A DNA stretch of 64,000 nt from an uncultured delta proteobacterium (lineage in GTDB: Bacteria > Myxococcota_A > Polyangia > Polyangiales > Polyangiaceae): the NCBI GenBank assembly GCA_963716725.1, contig CAVQUB010000020.1, forward strand, positions 1-64,000, read 5' to 3'. This document shows positions 1 to 10,823 of this stretch, piece by piece. Within the stretch, counting starts at the first letter, position 1; each line of letters starts with the position of its first letter. A model generated the notes under the pieces. The model saw only the letters and a list, made by a program, of their open reading frames with translations. It did not search any database and had not been told where the DNA came from. Made by a program: the position numbers and the translations under genes.

Positions 1-668
1 TCGAGCAGCTTCCCCACGAACAACACTGCTTTTTGGTCTGGATCTATGCCCAAGCGCATGCGGCTTTCCGCGCGGTTGACAGCTAGTGCGCGCGTTGCGA
101 ACGCATCGTTGTCGATGCAATGTGGCGAGAAGAAAAGACGCTCGTCCGGCACGCCGTAGTGTTGCAGGTATTCCCGATTTTTATGCCCCACATACAGACA
201 GGCGTCGAACTGCCGCAACACACGTGGATAGACGATTGCCTTGCTCAGTTGCTTTAGTCTGCTGCGTGGTGTTCCCAGCTGTGAGTCCCCGCGCACCATC
301 ACCGGCACCCCCGCTTTGTGGCAAGACCGAATGGCCTGCCAATAGGATTTGAGATACCAGCCCGTCACCAAAAAGGCATCGTACCGACCCCGGCGGATTT
401 CATCGGCAATCTGCGGTGTGTCACAACCAAAAAAATTGTCTACCCCTGGATGCCTGGATTGGTTCTGCAAAAACGTGTGGTCATAGCCCCCTAGCAAGTC
501 CACATCCCACTCGAATGCTACTTCGAACCCCGAGGCGGCCTGGCCTTGTGCCGTTTGGCGATGGGCAAAGTACACCTTCAGGTCCACATGCCTGGCCAGT
601 TCCCGGAACAACGGCGCCTGGTACTGGATGGGGTGGCTGGCAAGGATGCCCAAACGATGAGACAACAT
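1..668 (-). CDS. Glycosyltransferase family 4 (runs off the window start)
   Basis: Not in the ORF track. Manual translation from ATG 668 gives MLSHRLGILASHPIQYQAPLFRELARHVDLKVYF...EWDVDLLGGY...FDACLYVGHKNREYLQHYGVPDERLFFSPHCIDND...VLFVGKLL, a typical GT4 (GT-B) N-terminal half. Confidence 0.85.
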   Translation of the reverse strand, partial: MLSHRLGILASHPIQYQAPLFRELARHVDLKVYFAHRQTAQGQAASGFEVAFEWDVDLLGGYDHTFLQNQSRHPGVDNFFGCDTPQIADEIRRGRYDAFLVTGWYLKSYWQAIRSCHKAGVPVMVRGDSQLGTPRSRLKQLSKAIVYPRVLRQFDACLYVGHKNREYLQHYGVPDERLFFSPHCIDNDAFATRALAVNRAESRMRLGIDPDQKAVLFVGKLL

Positions 669-669
669 A

Positions 670-1847
670 TCAGATAACTGAGCGATATACATCCGCCCAG
701 GCGCGCGCAAACCGTTGCCGACCAAAGCGTGCTTCCGAGTCTTCACGCGCCGCTTCGCCCATGCGCTCTAACCGACCAGGATCGGCGAGCATCCAGCGCA
801 GGCCTTCTGCCAAGGCATCAACCGATTTTTCCCGACAGATATACCCATCCACTTGATGGCGCACCATTTCAGGCAGACCACCCGAAGGGAAGACGACGGA
901 AGGCGTGCCTTCGCGTTTTGCTTCCAGCACAACATTGGCGAATGCTTCGCACATAGGGTTGGTGCCACATGAATCGCAGAGCGCCTGAAGAAAGCGGATG
1001 GATCGTCGACATGGCCATGAAAAAACACCCGGCTGCCCAAATTGCTTGCTGCGATCAGTTGATTGAGTCGGCTGCGAAATGAGGTGTCCCAGCGGGAGCC
1101 GCCCAGAATGTCCAATCGCAGGGAAGGATAAACGGGAGCTAGCCAGGAAAACGCTTCTATCAGGGGAATCAGCCCTTTGTGCTCGGAAATCGCACCAACG
1201 TATATCAGGCTTGCCGGATTATCCCGGTCTGAGAGAGAGCCAATCGAATCAGCGGTCCAGGCGCTGGATGGTGCAAGATTATGGATGACCGAAATCTTCG
1301 TATTCGAAACACCTGCGGCCATCACCGAGTTGAGTACGAATTTTGAATTGGCCACGACCCGAGCGCATCTGCGCATTGCCATCCGCCAGATTCGCAGATT
1401 AAAAGCCGAGTCCACCGGTGGAAAATCTCCCATTCGATAAACCAGTGGCACCTTGCTTAGACCCAAGGCCAAGGACACATATGAGTAAACCAGCGGCGAA
1501 CCAAGATGGATGTGCGTGGCGCGGCATGACCAGATTGCGCGGAGAAAAAGCCAACTACATTGCAGCACAGCCCAAAAATTGGTCAGAGCAATGCTAGGCT
1601 TCTTCTTGACCCACTGAATCGACCATTGGGGTCCGAACGGAAGCGGGAACGTGGTAAAACCATACGGCGTAATTCCACGTCGACGTGGTTATTGGATTTT
1701 ACGTCCACGCCCACCGTCACTTCCGCACCCAGGTCACGCAAGGTTTTGAATACTTCGATGTTGCCACGCTCATGGCCGAACAACTCCAGGCCGTTCAGGG
1801 CGGCAAGGACGCGTACGCCGACAAGGGCTTGTATCAGTATCAGCCAT
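670..1847 (-). CDS. Glycosyltransferase family 4, frameshifted
   Basis: Pieces in several frames: LFGHERGNIEVFKTL; VVANSKFV...LIYVGAISEHKGLIPLIEAF; EAFANVVLEAKREGTPSVVFPSGGLPEMVRHQVDG (GT4 E-x7-E motif). Start is approximate. Confidence 0.8.
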
Positions 1848-1849
1848 GC

Positions 1850-3116
1850 GGCAAACGTTCTTCCAGAAAGCGGCACAGTAGGCAGCACTTCCATGATCGG
1901 TGTAGGGCTCGAAAGCGGAATCGTTAGCGGTGGGGCTTGGTACATCGTCCATCCACCAACCACGACTTGGTGATGATTTGCGCCAGGCTTCCTCATCAGA
2001 GGTGTGAAAATGGTACACAGACAGCCCCGCCCACTTCGCGAATAAGTCCAACGACGGTACTTTTCTCGTGAAAATGGCCAGCAATGGTTTGCGTGCGAGT
2101 AAATAGGGATAGATCTTTGACGCGGTATAGCCGGGTCGTTTGAGCCCGATGCGATCAGGGCGTCGGCCCTCAGATAGGCCTTCAATGCTTGCGCATAGGG
2201 AGATGCGATCGGTTATTCCTCACCCGATAGTTCAGACCTGTTCTCGGCACCAGGGCAGTACACGAGAGTTGCTCCCCTACCGGGTGCGTAGGACGTACCG
2301 ATGAAGTGGAGTTTGAGCAGTTTTAGGTTTTCTGGGCATATGGTTGTATGGCCATGAACAGGCCCGCAGCGCCGTTTGCCATACCGGACCACCACTCCAA
2401 TGTACACCCAGTGAATGTTTCCATCCTCGGATCAAAGTGTTGTTGTGTCCTGCGAGCCGGCAAGGCGCTCTAAATCGTGCTGTGCACCGGGAAAGGGCTG
2501 GACAAGGCTCGGAAGCCACCTAGCCACGGATAGCGCTGCGAGCTGCTTTGGGTATTCAGGCGACACGCTAGTAATTCCGGCACACTCCCGTAATACCCGT
2601 GGCTCCGTCCACCGGTGCAGTGCATCGGCCAACGCGTACTTCAGACGCCCGCCGGGCGGCACGATCTCGGGTGTTCGCGATAATAGTCGTTGACCCACGG
2701 GTCCTGGTAATCCATCACAAAGGGCACGCCATACTTTCGCTTCCAGCGCGGGCCCAGCAGATGTACCTCGGAACACCGTGGTGGAGAAATAAACGAGGTC
2801 GAAGCGGCCTTTTGACCAGCAAGTGGTCGCCGGTCCTGGCCATAGGCCACAACGCACGCGTACCCAGCGTGCCCAGCCCGGGAATGCGCGACCAGCCCAG
2901 ACCTAGTGCCTTGATGCGGTGCACTTTTACATCCGGAGGCAGCCCATCCACCAGCCAAGGGTCTAGCGGTGCTGCCACTTGTTCAGATGCCACCGTCAGG
3001 ACTTCGGCCTGCCAGCCATTCTCCAGGAAGAAGGGCAGCAGCATGCGCACACGCTGCATGTCTGGCGCATTCACGGGTGGGAAATGGGGCGAAACAATCA
3101 GAACGCGGCGCATCAT
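1850..3116 (-). CDS. Glycosyltransferase (GT4-like), heavily frameshifted
   Basis: MMRRVLIVSPHFPPVNAPDMQRVR; VPFVMDYQDPWVNDYY; ITSVSPEYP; LHFIGTSYAP; ADALIASGSNDP...LLAIF, spread over many frames. End is approximate. Confidence 0.75.
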
Positions 3117-3117
3117 G

Positions 3118-4391
3118 TCAGTGGACGCGCGAGTCCGTCAGCGATTGCATTCACCAGTTTCGGCGCGTGCCCTTCCCAATTCCAGACCGACTTGCCAGCT
3201 TCTGTTGAAAGATGGCGGCAGTTTTGAAGATAGGCAGCGTCATCAATCATCTTTTGCATGGAGGAAGCCAGCGCAGCAGGGTCCTCTGGAGCAATCAGCG
3301 CGCCAGCCCCCGGACACGCTCGTCACGACTTCTTCCTGCCCTGTGTACGGGTCGCGATGACTGCCAACCCGGCGCGCAGGTACTCGAGTATCTTGTTGGT
3401 TGCTGTCAAGTCGCGACTGGGGCAATACGGTACCTCCAACGCCAGGCCGACGTCATCGGGGCATCGTGCGTGCCAATAACTCCTCATTAGAAACTGGATC
3501 AAGCAGGTGAACTCGTGTGCGCACAGCTTCAGGAAAGGTTTGATCGAACCAGCCCTGGTAACCGCGCAACGCACCGCGCAAAGTCACTTGCGATTCGCCT
3601 TTCAGCAGGGGGAGCGCCTGTGCCAGGGTTTCCAGGCCGCGTCCGGGGCCGATGGTCTGGGAAAACCAGTGAAAAGACACTACACCATCAGGTTTGGCGT
3701 CACGTGGGCCGCTTAATGCCTTGTCCCGAACGGATGCCGGGAAGCAGTTGGGCACAACCACTGGCACGCGACCTGTGCCGGCATCACTCGCGAGAGCATC
3801 TGCCAGAGACTGGCTGGTGGTCAGGCAACAGTGTGCTTGCCGCAGCAGTTGCCGCTCCAGTGCCTGCATCGCTGCAACAGGCCGACCCTTGCGGTCGGCG
3901 AGCGGCAGATCCTGGGAGAACCAGTCCTCGAAATCCACGCCAACCTGATGCCCCCCATCAGCAGCTTCTTGCCAACCCACAAGCCTGCTTCCGAGTGAAC
4001 CATCGTCAGATCGGCGTTGATGTGTCGGGCCTCGCGCAAAAATTCAGGTGCGCCCAGGCCGAATGTCCGTGGCGTCACCCAACCCAGGTGTGTGTAGCAT
4101 TCGGCCGCGCCAGGCGCTGCCGCAAACGCAGTGCAAAACTTCCACGGCCATCCCTACGCAGGCCAACGGGGCAAAGTCCACATCCATTTCCCGCGCCAAA
4201 GCCATGTCCTCCTCAGCCAGGCCGGGGTGCCGCCAAGTACCGCGGACAAGCACACGCGCGCCGGCGGCACGCAGCACCGCCGCTTCTTTTTGGGCGCGGG
4301 GTGCTGTTGCGAGATGACCGATGATCAGAATCAATATTGTTCGGCCACTGAATGTCGAAAAATTGGGTGATTGGATTGGATTAACCATCAT
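3118..4391 (-). CDS. Glycosyltransferase (GT4-like), frameshifted
   Basis: GHLATAPRAQKEAAVL; VGVDFEDWFSQD; FHWFSQTIGPGRGLETL; DVGLALE...RDLTATNKILEYLRAGLAVIAT. Confidence 0.75.
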
Positions 4392-5163
4392 TCACTGCGG
4401 AACTGCCACGATAGTTGGGCTATAAACATCCTCCGCAAATTGCGTGGCGTAATCGATACTCGCGAAGTAATCTAGAAGCTTGGCCTGCCCGGGAACATTT
4501 GTATTGGTGGTTTCATCCAGCGCTTCGCACACGATGAAAGGGCGAAATCTCCTAATCAAATTTCGCGCTCCTTCCAGTGCGACAAGCTCACCGCCCTCGA
4601 TGTCGATCTTGATGACGTCGATACGTTTTGGCGTGCCAGGACTTTCTATCCAGTGATCCAGAGCCATCATTTGCACCGTCCTACCGTGGCCCACTTGGTG
4701 CACTGAACTATGACCACAATCCGGCGCGGCCACCAACACGCCACTCGCCGGCCCTGTCGCTTACTGCTATTTCATGGATGGTGAGGTTATTGTTGCTGCA
4801 CTCTTGGGCATTTTTTCTTAAGCATCGCAAGGGGCGTGGATCAATTTCGAACGCATGTACCTGCCCAGCTTTGCCAACACGACCTGATGCAAGCATCGAG
4901 TAGTAGCCAACGTTTGCACCGACATCCAGAAACACGGAACCGGGGTACAGGCGCGGTTCGATAGCCCGCCACACTGCCTGGTCGAATTCGCCCTTGACCA
5001 GAATTGCACGGCCAACTGACGAACGCAGGTCGACCCACATGCGGTCGCCGCTAGCCAAGGTGGCCAGAACAGGGTATGGCCAGCGCTTGGCTAGGGAAAG
5101 CGCGAGTTTGCGTATTGGATAAATGACACGCTGCTTTGCGTATTTGTCGATAATTAAATTCAT
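4392..5163 (-). CDS. FkbM family SAM-dependent methyltransferase (one frameshift near 4720)
   Basis: FLDVGANVGYYS...VHAFE and IDVIKIDIEGGE motifs in ORFs 4708-5163 and 4392-4739. Confidence 0.85.
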
Positions 5164-5367
5164 GTGAATTTATGCTATTTGAATGCGGAATAAGAAGCTT
5201 CGTTTTGCAACGCCGACGATGTCTGCTTGCGCAGGTAGTGCAGTGTTTCTGCCAATATCGTGCGGCCCGCGGGCCTGTTTGATTGCCGATTTGCAAACTC
5301 TGCGGGCACTCTGCATCGCCACGTTAAACTCTTAATGACCATGGAGGGGTGAGTTTTCAGCGCATGC

Positions 5368-7190
5368 CTAGATGTCTGCTTTACGAAGTCGCCAATGTTG
5401 TAAAAGTGTCAAGATTCGCATCAAATCGTTTGGCGCCCTCGACCACTCTTCCAATGACCTAATCCATGGATTGGCACCTTGCAATTGTGTCATCTGGACG
5501 ATCCTGATGTGATGTCTGGTTCCAAAAGGTCTGCAAGGTTGGGCTATGAATTGCATACCATCCAAAGTCTGGCCACGATGCATGTGAGGGGGGATGATCA
5601 TAACTGCGTTGGATTTGCTGCCCACCTATACGTCGTTTGACCCAGCCTTTTGCAAAAGCAAATAATTTTGAGGTGGTATTTGCATTAACGGCCCAGCCGA
5701 AGTTCGAATCGACAATATCCGATGCTTCCGCACAAACCTTCCCTGCTGCCAACCCCCACACTTCACCATTCAGTTTCCATTTTGCCGGGATGCGTGCATA
5801 GCAATCGGCAACACCGTGAATCAGCCAGGAATGAGTCGTAGGGATAGGTGCGGTACATGATTTGCCCCGATACGGAAACCGTGTAACAAGTAGGCCGTAT
5901 ACGGCGATCCTCGACTAGCAAACGGTCCCTGTCGGTTTCCAGGATTGTGGGCGTCCCTTGAAACCAGTTGTTCATCCGGTCATTAATTGCGTCTGCATAT
6001 TGAGCGGGTGCAGGGAGGGGATAATTGGGCAAAAATCCATCAACGCGCTGATCAATAAATTGCTTGATGGGCAGGTTTCTGCCAAGGAATTTGCGGTACG
6101 TCTTTTCAAGGCCGTATCCTTTGAAAACCCAGTCAGTGGTGCATGCGGTCATGACCAGATCGGCACCGATTTGCTGCACAACGTCATGCACGCCAAGGTA
6201 GTGGTTGTCCTCTGCGGACCACATCGCGCCAGACCAGCGAACATTTTCGGCCTGCATGCGTGGGTAGTAGTCGTTATCCCGCCCAAATCCAACGTAAGTA
6301 GCACCAACACGATCACACAATGCTTTTGCTATCGCAGATTCGTGGGTGGGTTTTTCGTAAAGATTGATGCCCCAAACTTTTGTGGGGTCGTTTGCCGCGT
6401 ACAGCATCACGCGCGAGTCGGCACCGCCGCTGACAAAATGCCGATCTTTCGGCAATCGCGGTACGTTCACTGACCGCGACGCTTAAGGCGCTCGCCAGGG
6501 CGTCAGCAGCCTCTGTCAGTGTTGGGAAAAAATCATTCTCGAACGGCCGCCAATACTCATGGCGTAAAACGGCCCCCGTTCCAGGTCTCGAACGCGTATG
6601 TGTAGCCGCACCGGCATGTTTCAGGTTTTCATAGTAAGTGTTGGGTGGCGTTGCTCGCCAGGCGCGCAGGAATTCGGCCATGGATATGTAGTCGGGACGC
6701 ACCTCCAACGCGGGATCTTCCATGACCGCATCAGGAAATGTGGTCAAAGACTGTTGGTCTGCTCGGGTCATCGCCATACAAGAACGCGGGATGGTAGCCG
6801 AATTGGTCCGTCCACAAATGAACGACACGCTCACGGGGATCCCAAATCAGAACGGTTGCTGCGCCGTTGTAAGGCGCAACGGATTCCGAGCCATTGGTGA
6901 GATAGCGCTCAAGTATCACCCGGTTTGCAACGCCCCCCTCATAGGGCAGCCGCTCGGCCCTTTGCCAGGTCTTCAGTTGGCCAGCAAAGCCTGCCCCCTA
7001 CTACACATTGCACACCCGTGCCAGGATCGTGCGCTGGGGCGAAGCGCTTTTCACTGTCATGACTCAGCCATACATAACTGAATTCCGATAGCGAACGGCG
7101 CTCGGCTTCGCCACTGAAACACATTCGTTTTGCGACGGCATCGAGTCGTGCAGGATCCGGCTTGCCGATGGTTACATAAAGTCCTGCCAT
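5368..7190 (-). CDS. Asparagine synthase-related protein (amidotransferase-like), frameshifted
   Basis: Ntn-like N-terminal part (HLWTDQFGYHPAF; MAEFLRAW...PPNTYY), then a synthase-like part (LASALSVAVSER...FVSGGADSR PP-loop-like motif). Lies inside a polysaccharide cluster. Confidence 0.7.
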
Positions 7191-7253
7191 GATTTCAACT
7201 ATCTGTTCTTTAATGGGTGAAAGTGGGTGCGTATGTTTAATCGCATTAAGTCG

Positions 7254-8390
7254 TCAGGTAACTTTCAAAGCCAGAACTCGGCTTATGCGCTTGCTTGCTG
7301 GAAAGTACTTGACGAGGTCAGCCATCTGCTTCGCGAATCCGATCCGGAGTGTGGCCAGATAAAGTAGCGAGAAAATCAGACCCAGATAACTGCACGAGGG
7401 ACAGAAAACTCCGCTTGGCCATAGATGCTCAGGATAAAAATCTGAAGGATTCCCCACGCCGCAAGACAGGCACCCAATGGTGGGGCGAATGCATGAACAA
7501 TTCCGCTCAATGACAAGGCGCGGTGTTGTTGTAGCCAAAACGATAACAAGCCCACGATGATTAATTGGAATCCGCTCAGTGTCCCGAGGTAGACGACCAA
7601 CCCGTTGGGCAGCGCCACGGCAAGCGCGATTGCCGTACCGAGAAGCGTTCCGATGTCGGCGTAAAGGCACAATCGAGTCTGATTTTTTGCCAACAGAAGC
7701 ATATAGGTTGCAGTGCTCAGTGCCGAAAGCACACCCCACGCCATGGCCCACGGCAATAGCGGCGTGACGGCCGCCCAGTTCTTGCCATAGACGACACGCA
7801 CTACAGGCTCGGCGAGTTCTGCAAATACGACTGCGATTGGCATGGCTGTCCAGGCGACGTATTCGTAATACCAAACCACCCACCCGCGCAGGGTCGCCTT
7901 CACGTCCGTCGATGCGGGTGAGTATGGGATAGATCGCGTACATCAGTTGGGAGGCGAATTTCTGGCAGAACATCTCGAGCGAGGCCGATTGCACGCCCAA
8001 ATACCCCTAGCATGGCGAGGCCGCATCACAGCTGTCAGAATCCCTGACTCCAGCAACTGGCGCCCGCTTCCCACAAGCCCGCTACCAATGCGGGTCAGTC
8101 CAATCGCCAGGCAGGTCGATAGCGATCCCACGACCAGGACCAGGTTGGGCGCCATTTTTCGATAACGAACAGATCGTAGATGAACGGCAGCGTGACGAGC
8201 ATGCCTGGAACAAGCAGGGTGTACGTGCCTGCGCCGGCCCATGCCATGCTCAACGCCAGCAACGCCCCGGCGATCAGGCCGATGGCTTCGAGCAGGCGCA
8301 ACCTTTTCCAGTCGAATTCACGTTCGATCATCTTGCGCCGCAATTCGCAAGGCCATTCGAGCAGGAAGGTGATCGACATGGCACGCGCCG
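7254..8390 (-). CDS. wzx: Wzx-type polysaccharide flippase, 5' end missing, frameshifted
   Basis: Multi-TM pieces: ELRRKMIEREFDWKRLRLLE...LALSMAWAGAGTYTLLVP; AEPVVRVVYGKNWAAVTPLLPW. The N-terminal part expected for this family is absent beyond ~8390. Confidence 0.7.
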
Positions 8391-8507
8391 AGTGATACCC
8401 TTCTTCTTGAACGGCACCCGCGAAACGGTGGGCATCGCCAAGATCGCGATGGAGAGCCGCCTGGTTCCCATGCGCGGCGGCTTCTCCGGCGGTTGGGAGT
8501 GATGAAC

Positions 8508-9902
8508 ATGATGAGAACGAAACATCTGCTGAGCTTGTCGGCCGTGGGTCTGCTGATTGCCTGCGGCGGGCGCTACCGCGGCTCGGACATGGCCCGAGGG
8601 CCCAACGGCCAGGGCGGAGCCGACGGCAACGTGATCGCCACCGGGGATCCGGCAGAGCCCGGCGGCGACGACCCCGAGTGGGGCATCGTCGGAGGCGCGG
8701 ATCCGGCCTACCCGACCGTGGTGCAGAAGGTCGTCAACATGGTCGGCGACTCGCAGATCCGCGACGCCGTCAGCCGGCGCGGACTCGATCTCGTCAACGT
8801 GATGTGGGAGGACACCGGGCGCGCCGAGGGCTCGTCGCTCGGACCGAACATCTCGGATCTGACGCTGCAGGTCCGCTACCGCGCGTCCGAAGGCGGAGGC
8901 GAGACCAGCGCGCTGATGCCGGTGATCCGCTTCCCGAACTTCAGCGATCGAACCGGCGACGTGCCCGCCGACAAGTTCTTCGTCCGGGTGGGCAACCACA
9001 AGAACAAGAAGAAGCTCGACACCGTGCCGCTCACGGACGTGCTGCGCGACCTGAAAAAGTTCGCCTCAAAGCCCTGGAGCATCCAAGGCAGCGGCAACAT
9101 GCTGGCCGCGCGCGACACGCACTTCTTGGTCAGCGCCCAGGCCGTGTTCCTGCCGATCCCCAAGAAGGGCAAGGCCGAGTTCAACCCGGCGATCTTCAAC
9201 TATCAGTCGGCGCCGGGCTCTCCCGCCGTCTTGACCCTGCTGGTCACCCGTCAGGGCACGAGCATGAAGGTGATCGAGAACCGCAGCGAAGAGTCGGCGT
9301 CCCAGGGCATGGGACAGGAACTCTACTTCAACAACGAAGGCCTGCGATCTGCCTTCACCGCCGAGCGCAAGACCGACGTCGAGCGGCGCATCAAGGCCCA
9401 GGGCGGACCCAAGACCCAGGACGACCGATCGGCCATGGCCCGCGGCGCCGACGTGCTGTTTTTGATCCAGATCCCGCTCAAGCACCGCGACCGCGGCCGC
9501 CTCGGGGGGCTCGAGGGCGACGCCGAGATGGCCCAACCCTCCTCTGCTGGCATGGCCGCTCCCTCCAAGCCCTCGGCGATGGCGCCGATGGACGAGTCGA
9601 AGAAGGAGAAGAGCGACGTCGAGCAGGCCGTCCTCGGTCACGGCCGCGCGCGCGGTCCCTTCGAAGAGGGCGGCAATCTACGCCTCGAGCGCGATCCCAA
9701 GTTCCCGATCCGCATCACGGTGCAGTTCTACAAAGCCACCAGCAACGGCGTGGCCGACGAGAAGGATCTGGACGCCATCGCCAAGAGCATCGGCAGCGTG
9801 TACGAGCACGCCGCCTTCGTGGGATCGTTGGTGTTGCCCGAAGGCGATCGCCGGCGGCCCACCAGCTGGCAGCGCATCCCGAACGAGTGGTGGCCGTGGT
9901 GA
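8508..9902 (+). CDS. Conserved hypothetical lipoprotein
   Basis: Long ORF with strong GC3 bias. Signal peptide with lipobox LLIA-C. Globular motifs WEDTGRAEGSSLGPNISDLTL and RDPKFPIRITVQFYKAT. Confidence 0.75.
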   Translation: MMRTKHLLSLSAVGLLIACGGRYRGSDMARGPNGQGGADGNVIATGDPAEPGGDDPEWGIVGGADPAYPTVVQKVVNMVGDSQIRDAVSRRGLDLVNVMWEDTGRAEGSSLGPNISDLTLQVRYRASEGGGETSALMPVIRFPNFSDRTGDVPADKFFVRVGNHKNKKKLDTVPLTDVLRDLKKFASKPWSIQGSGNMLAARDTHFLVSAQAVFLPIPKKGKAEFNPAIFNYQSAPGSPAVLTLLVTRQGTSMKVIENRSEESASQGMGQELYFNNEGLRSAFTAERKTDVERRIKAQGGPKTQDDRSAMARGADVLFLIQIPLKHRDRGRLGGLEGDAEMAQPSSAGMAAPSKPSAMAPMDESKKEKSDVEQAVLGHGRARGPFEEGGNLRLERDPKFPIRITVQFYKATSNGVADEKDLDAIAKSIGSVYEHAAFVGSLVLPEGDRRRPTSWQRIPNEWWPW

Positions 9903-10011
9903 GTTGACGGGCCATGTGCAGCCGCCTGGCCGACGCTGGAACGGAAAGGCCGAACGTGGCCCGACGTCCGGCCCCGGCCGGCTTGGGGCGGTTCGATCGG
10001 CGACAAAGACG

Positions 10012-10176
10012 CTGTAACGGCCTGGCGATAACCCGCGAACGCCGAGACTCGAGACATCAGAGCGCGCGGCGCTGCACACGCGGGCGAGTGCCGCAGAACA
10101 ACAAGCGCCCGCGGCCGCGGAACGGACGATGCAGCAGGGCGAGCCCGGCGCTCGGCGGGTGCAACGCGAGTTAGGC
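10012..10176 (+). other. attC-like recombination site (solo, degenerate)
   Basis: CTGTAAC(GG) at 10012 and GTTAGGC at 10170-10176, with inner complementary arms ACCCGC/GCGGGT and CGCCGAG/CTCGGCG. Confidence 0.4.
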
Positions 10177-10213
10177 GGCTGTCGCCTGGACGCGAACGGG
10201 CTATGCTTTGCTC

Positions 10214-10453
10214 ATGGCGCAGCCGACTGGGAGCGAGTTGCTCGAACAAGCGTTGCAGCTGCCCGCCGACGAGCGGCTCGCACTTGCAGCCGAGCTTCTC
10301 GATAGCGTCGAGGGCCGCGAGGACCCCGCCTGGGCGGCGGCGTGGGCAGCGGAGCTCGACCGCAGGGTGAACGTGTTGGACAGCGGGACGGCGAAGACCA
10401 TCCCGTGGGGACAGGTGAAGGCGGACATCGAAGCTCGCCTGCGGGCGAAATGA
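10214..10453 (+). CDS. Putative addiction module antitoxin
   Basis: ELLEQALQLPADERLALAAELLDSV...AWAAELDRR...GTAKTIPW is typical of the addiction-module component family. ATGA overlap with the downstream toxin. Confidence 0.85.
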   Translation: MAQPTGSELLEQALQLPADERLALAAELLDSVEGREDPAWAAAWAAELDRRVNVLDSGTAKTIPWGQVKADIEARLRAK

Positions 10454-10647
10454 AGGCGGTCGAATTCGCGCCTCTTGCGCGCGACGAGTTCGATGCGGCT
10501 GTCGACTGGTACGAGTCTCAGGCCGAGGGTGTCGGGAGACGGTTCGTCCAGAGTGTTGCTGAAGCGCTCGACCAGATCGCGGAGGCCCCACTCGAATGCC
10601 CGGTGTGGGCGGAAGACCCACGCTTCCGAAAAGCGGTCGTGGCCTGA
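10450..10647 (+). pseudogene. RelE/ParE family toxin, C-terminally truncated
   Basis: MKAVEFAPLARDEFDAAVDWYESQAEGVGRRFVQSV...IAEAP...RKAVVA stop, 65 aa. It lacks the usual RFPY...VAH C-terminal part. Confidence 0.7.
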
Positions 10648-10823
10648 CCGTGTCGGTGAGACGGAGGGTGCATGCACGGCTCGCGTCCCCCAAATATCAC
10701 CCGCCCCGAGGATGGATCGCCTCGAGCACAACTCCTAAGCTGAGAGTGCAAGCCGCACCGCGGCGCGCGCACTGCGGCGGCAAATCGCCGCAGTCGGCAG
10801 CCAGAAAGAGGAGGACCATTCCA

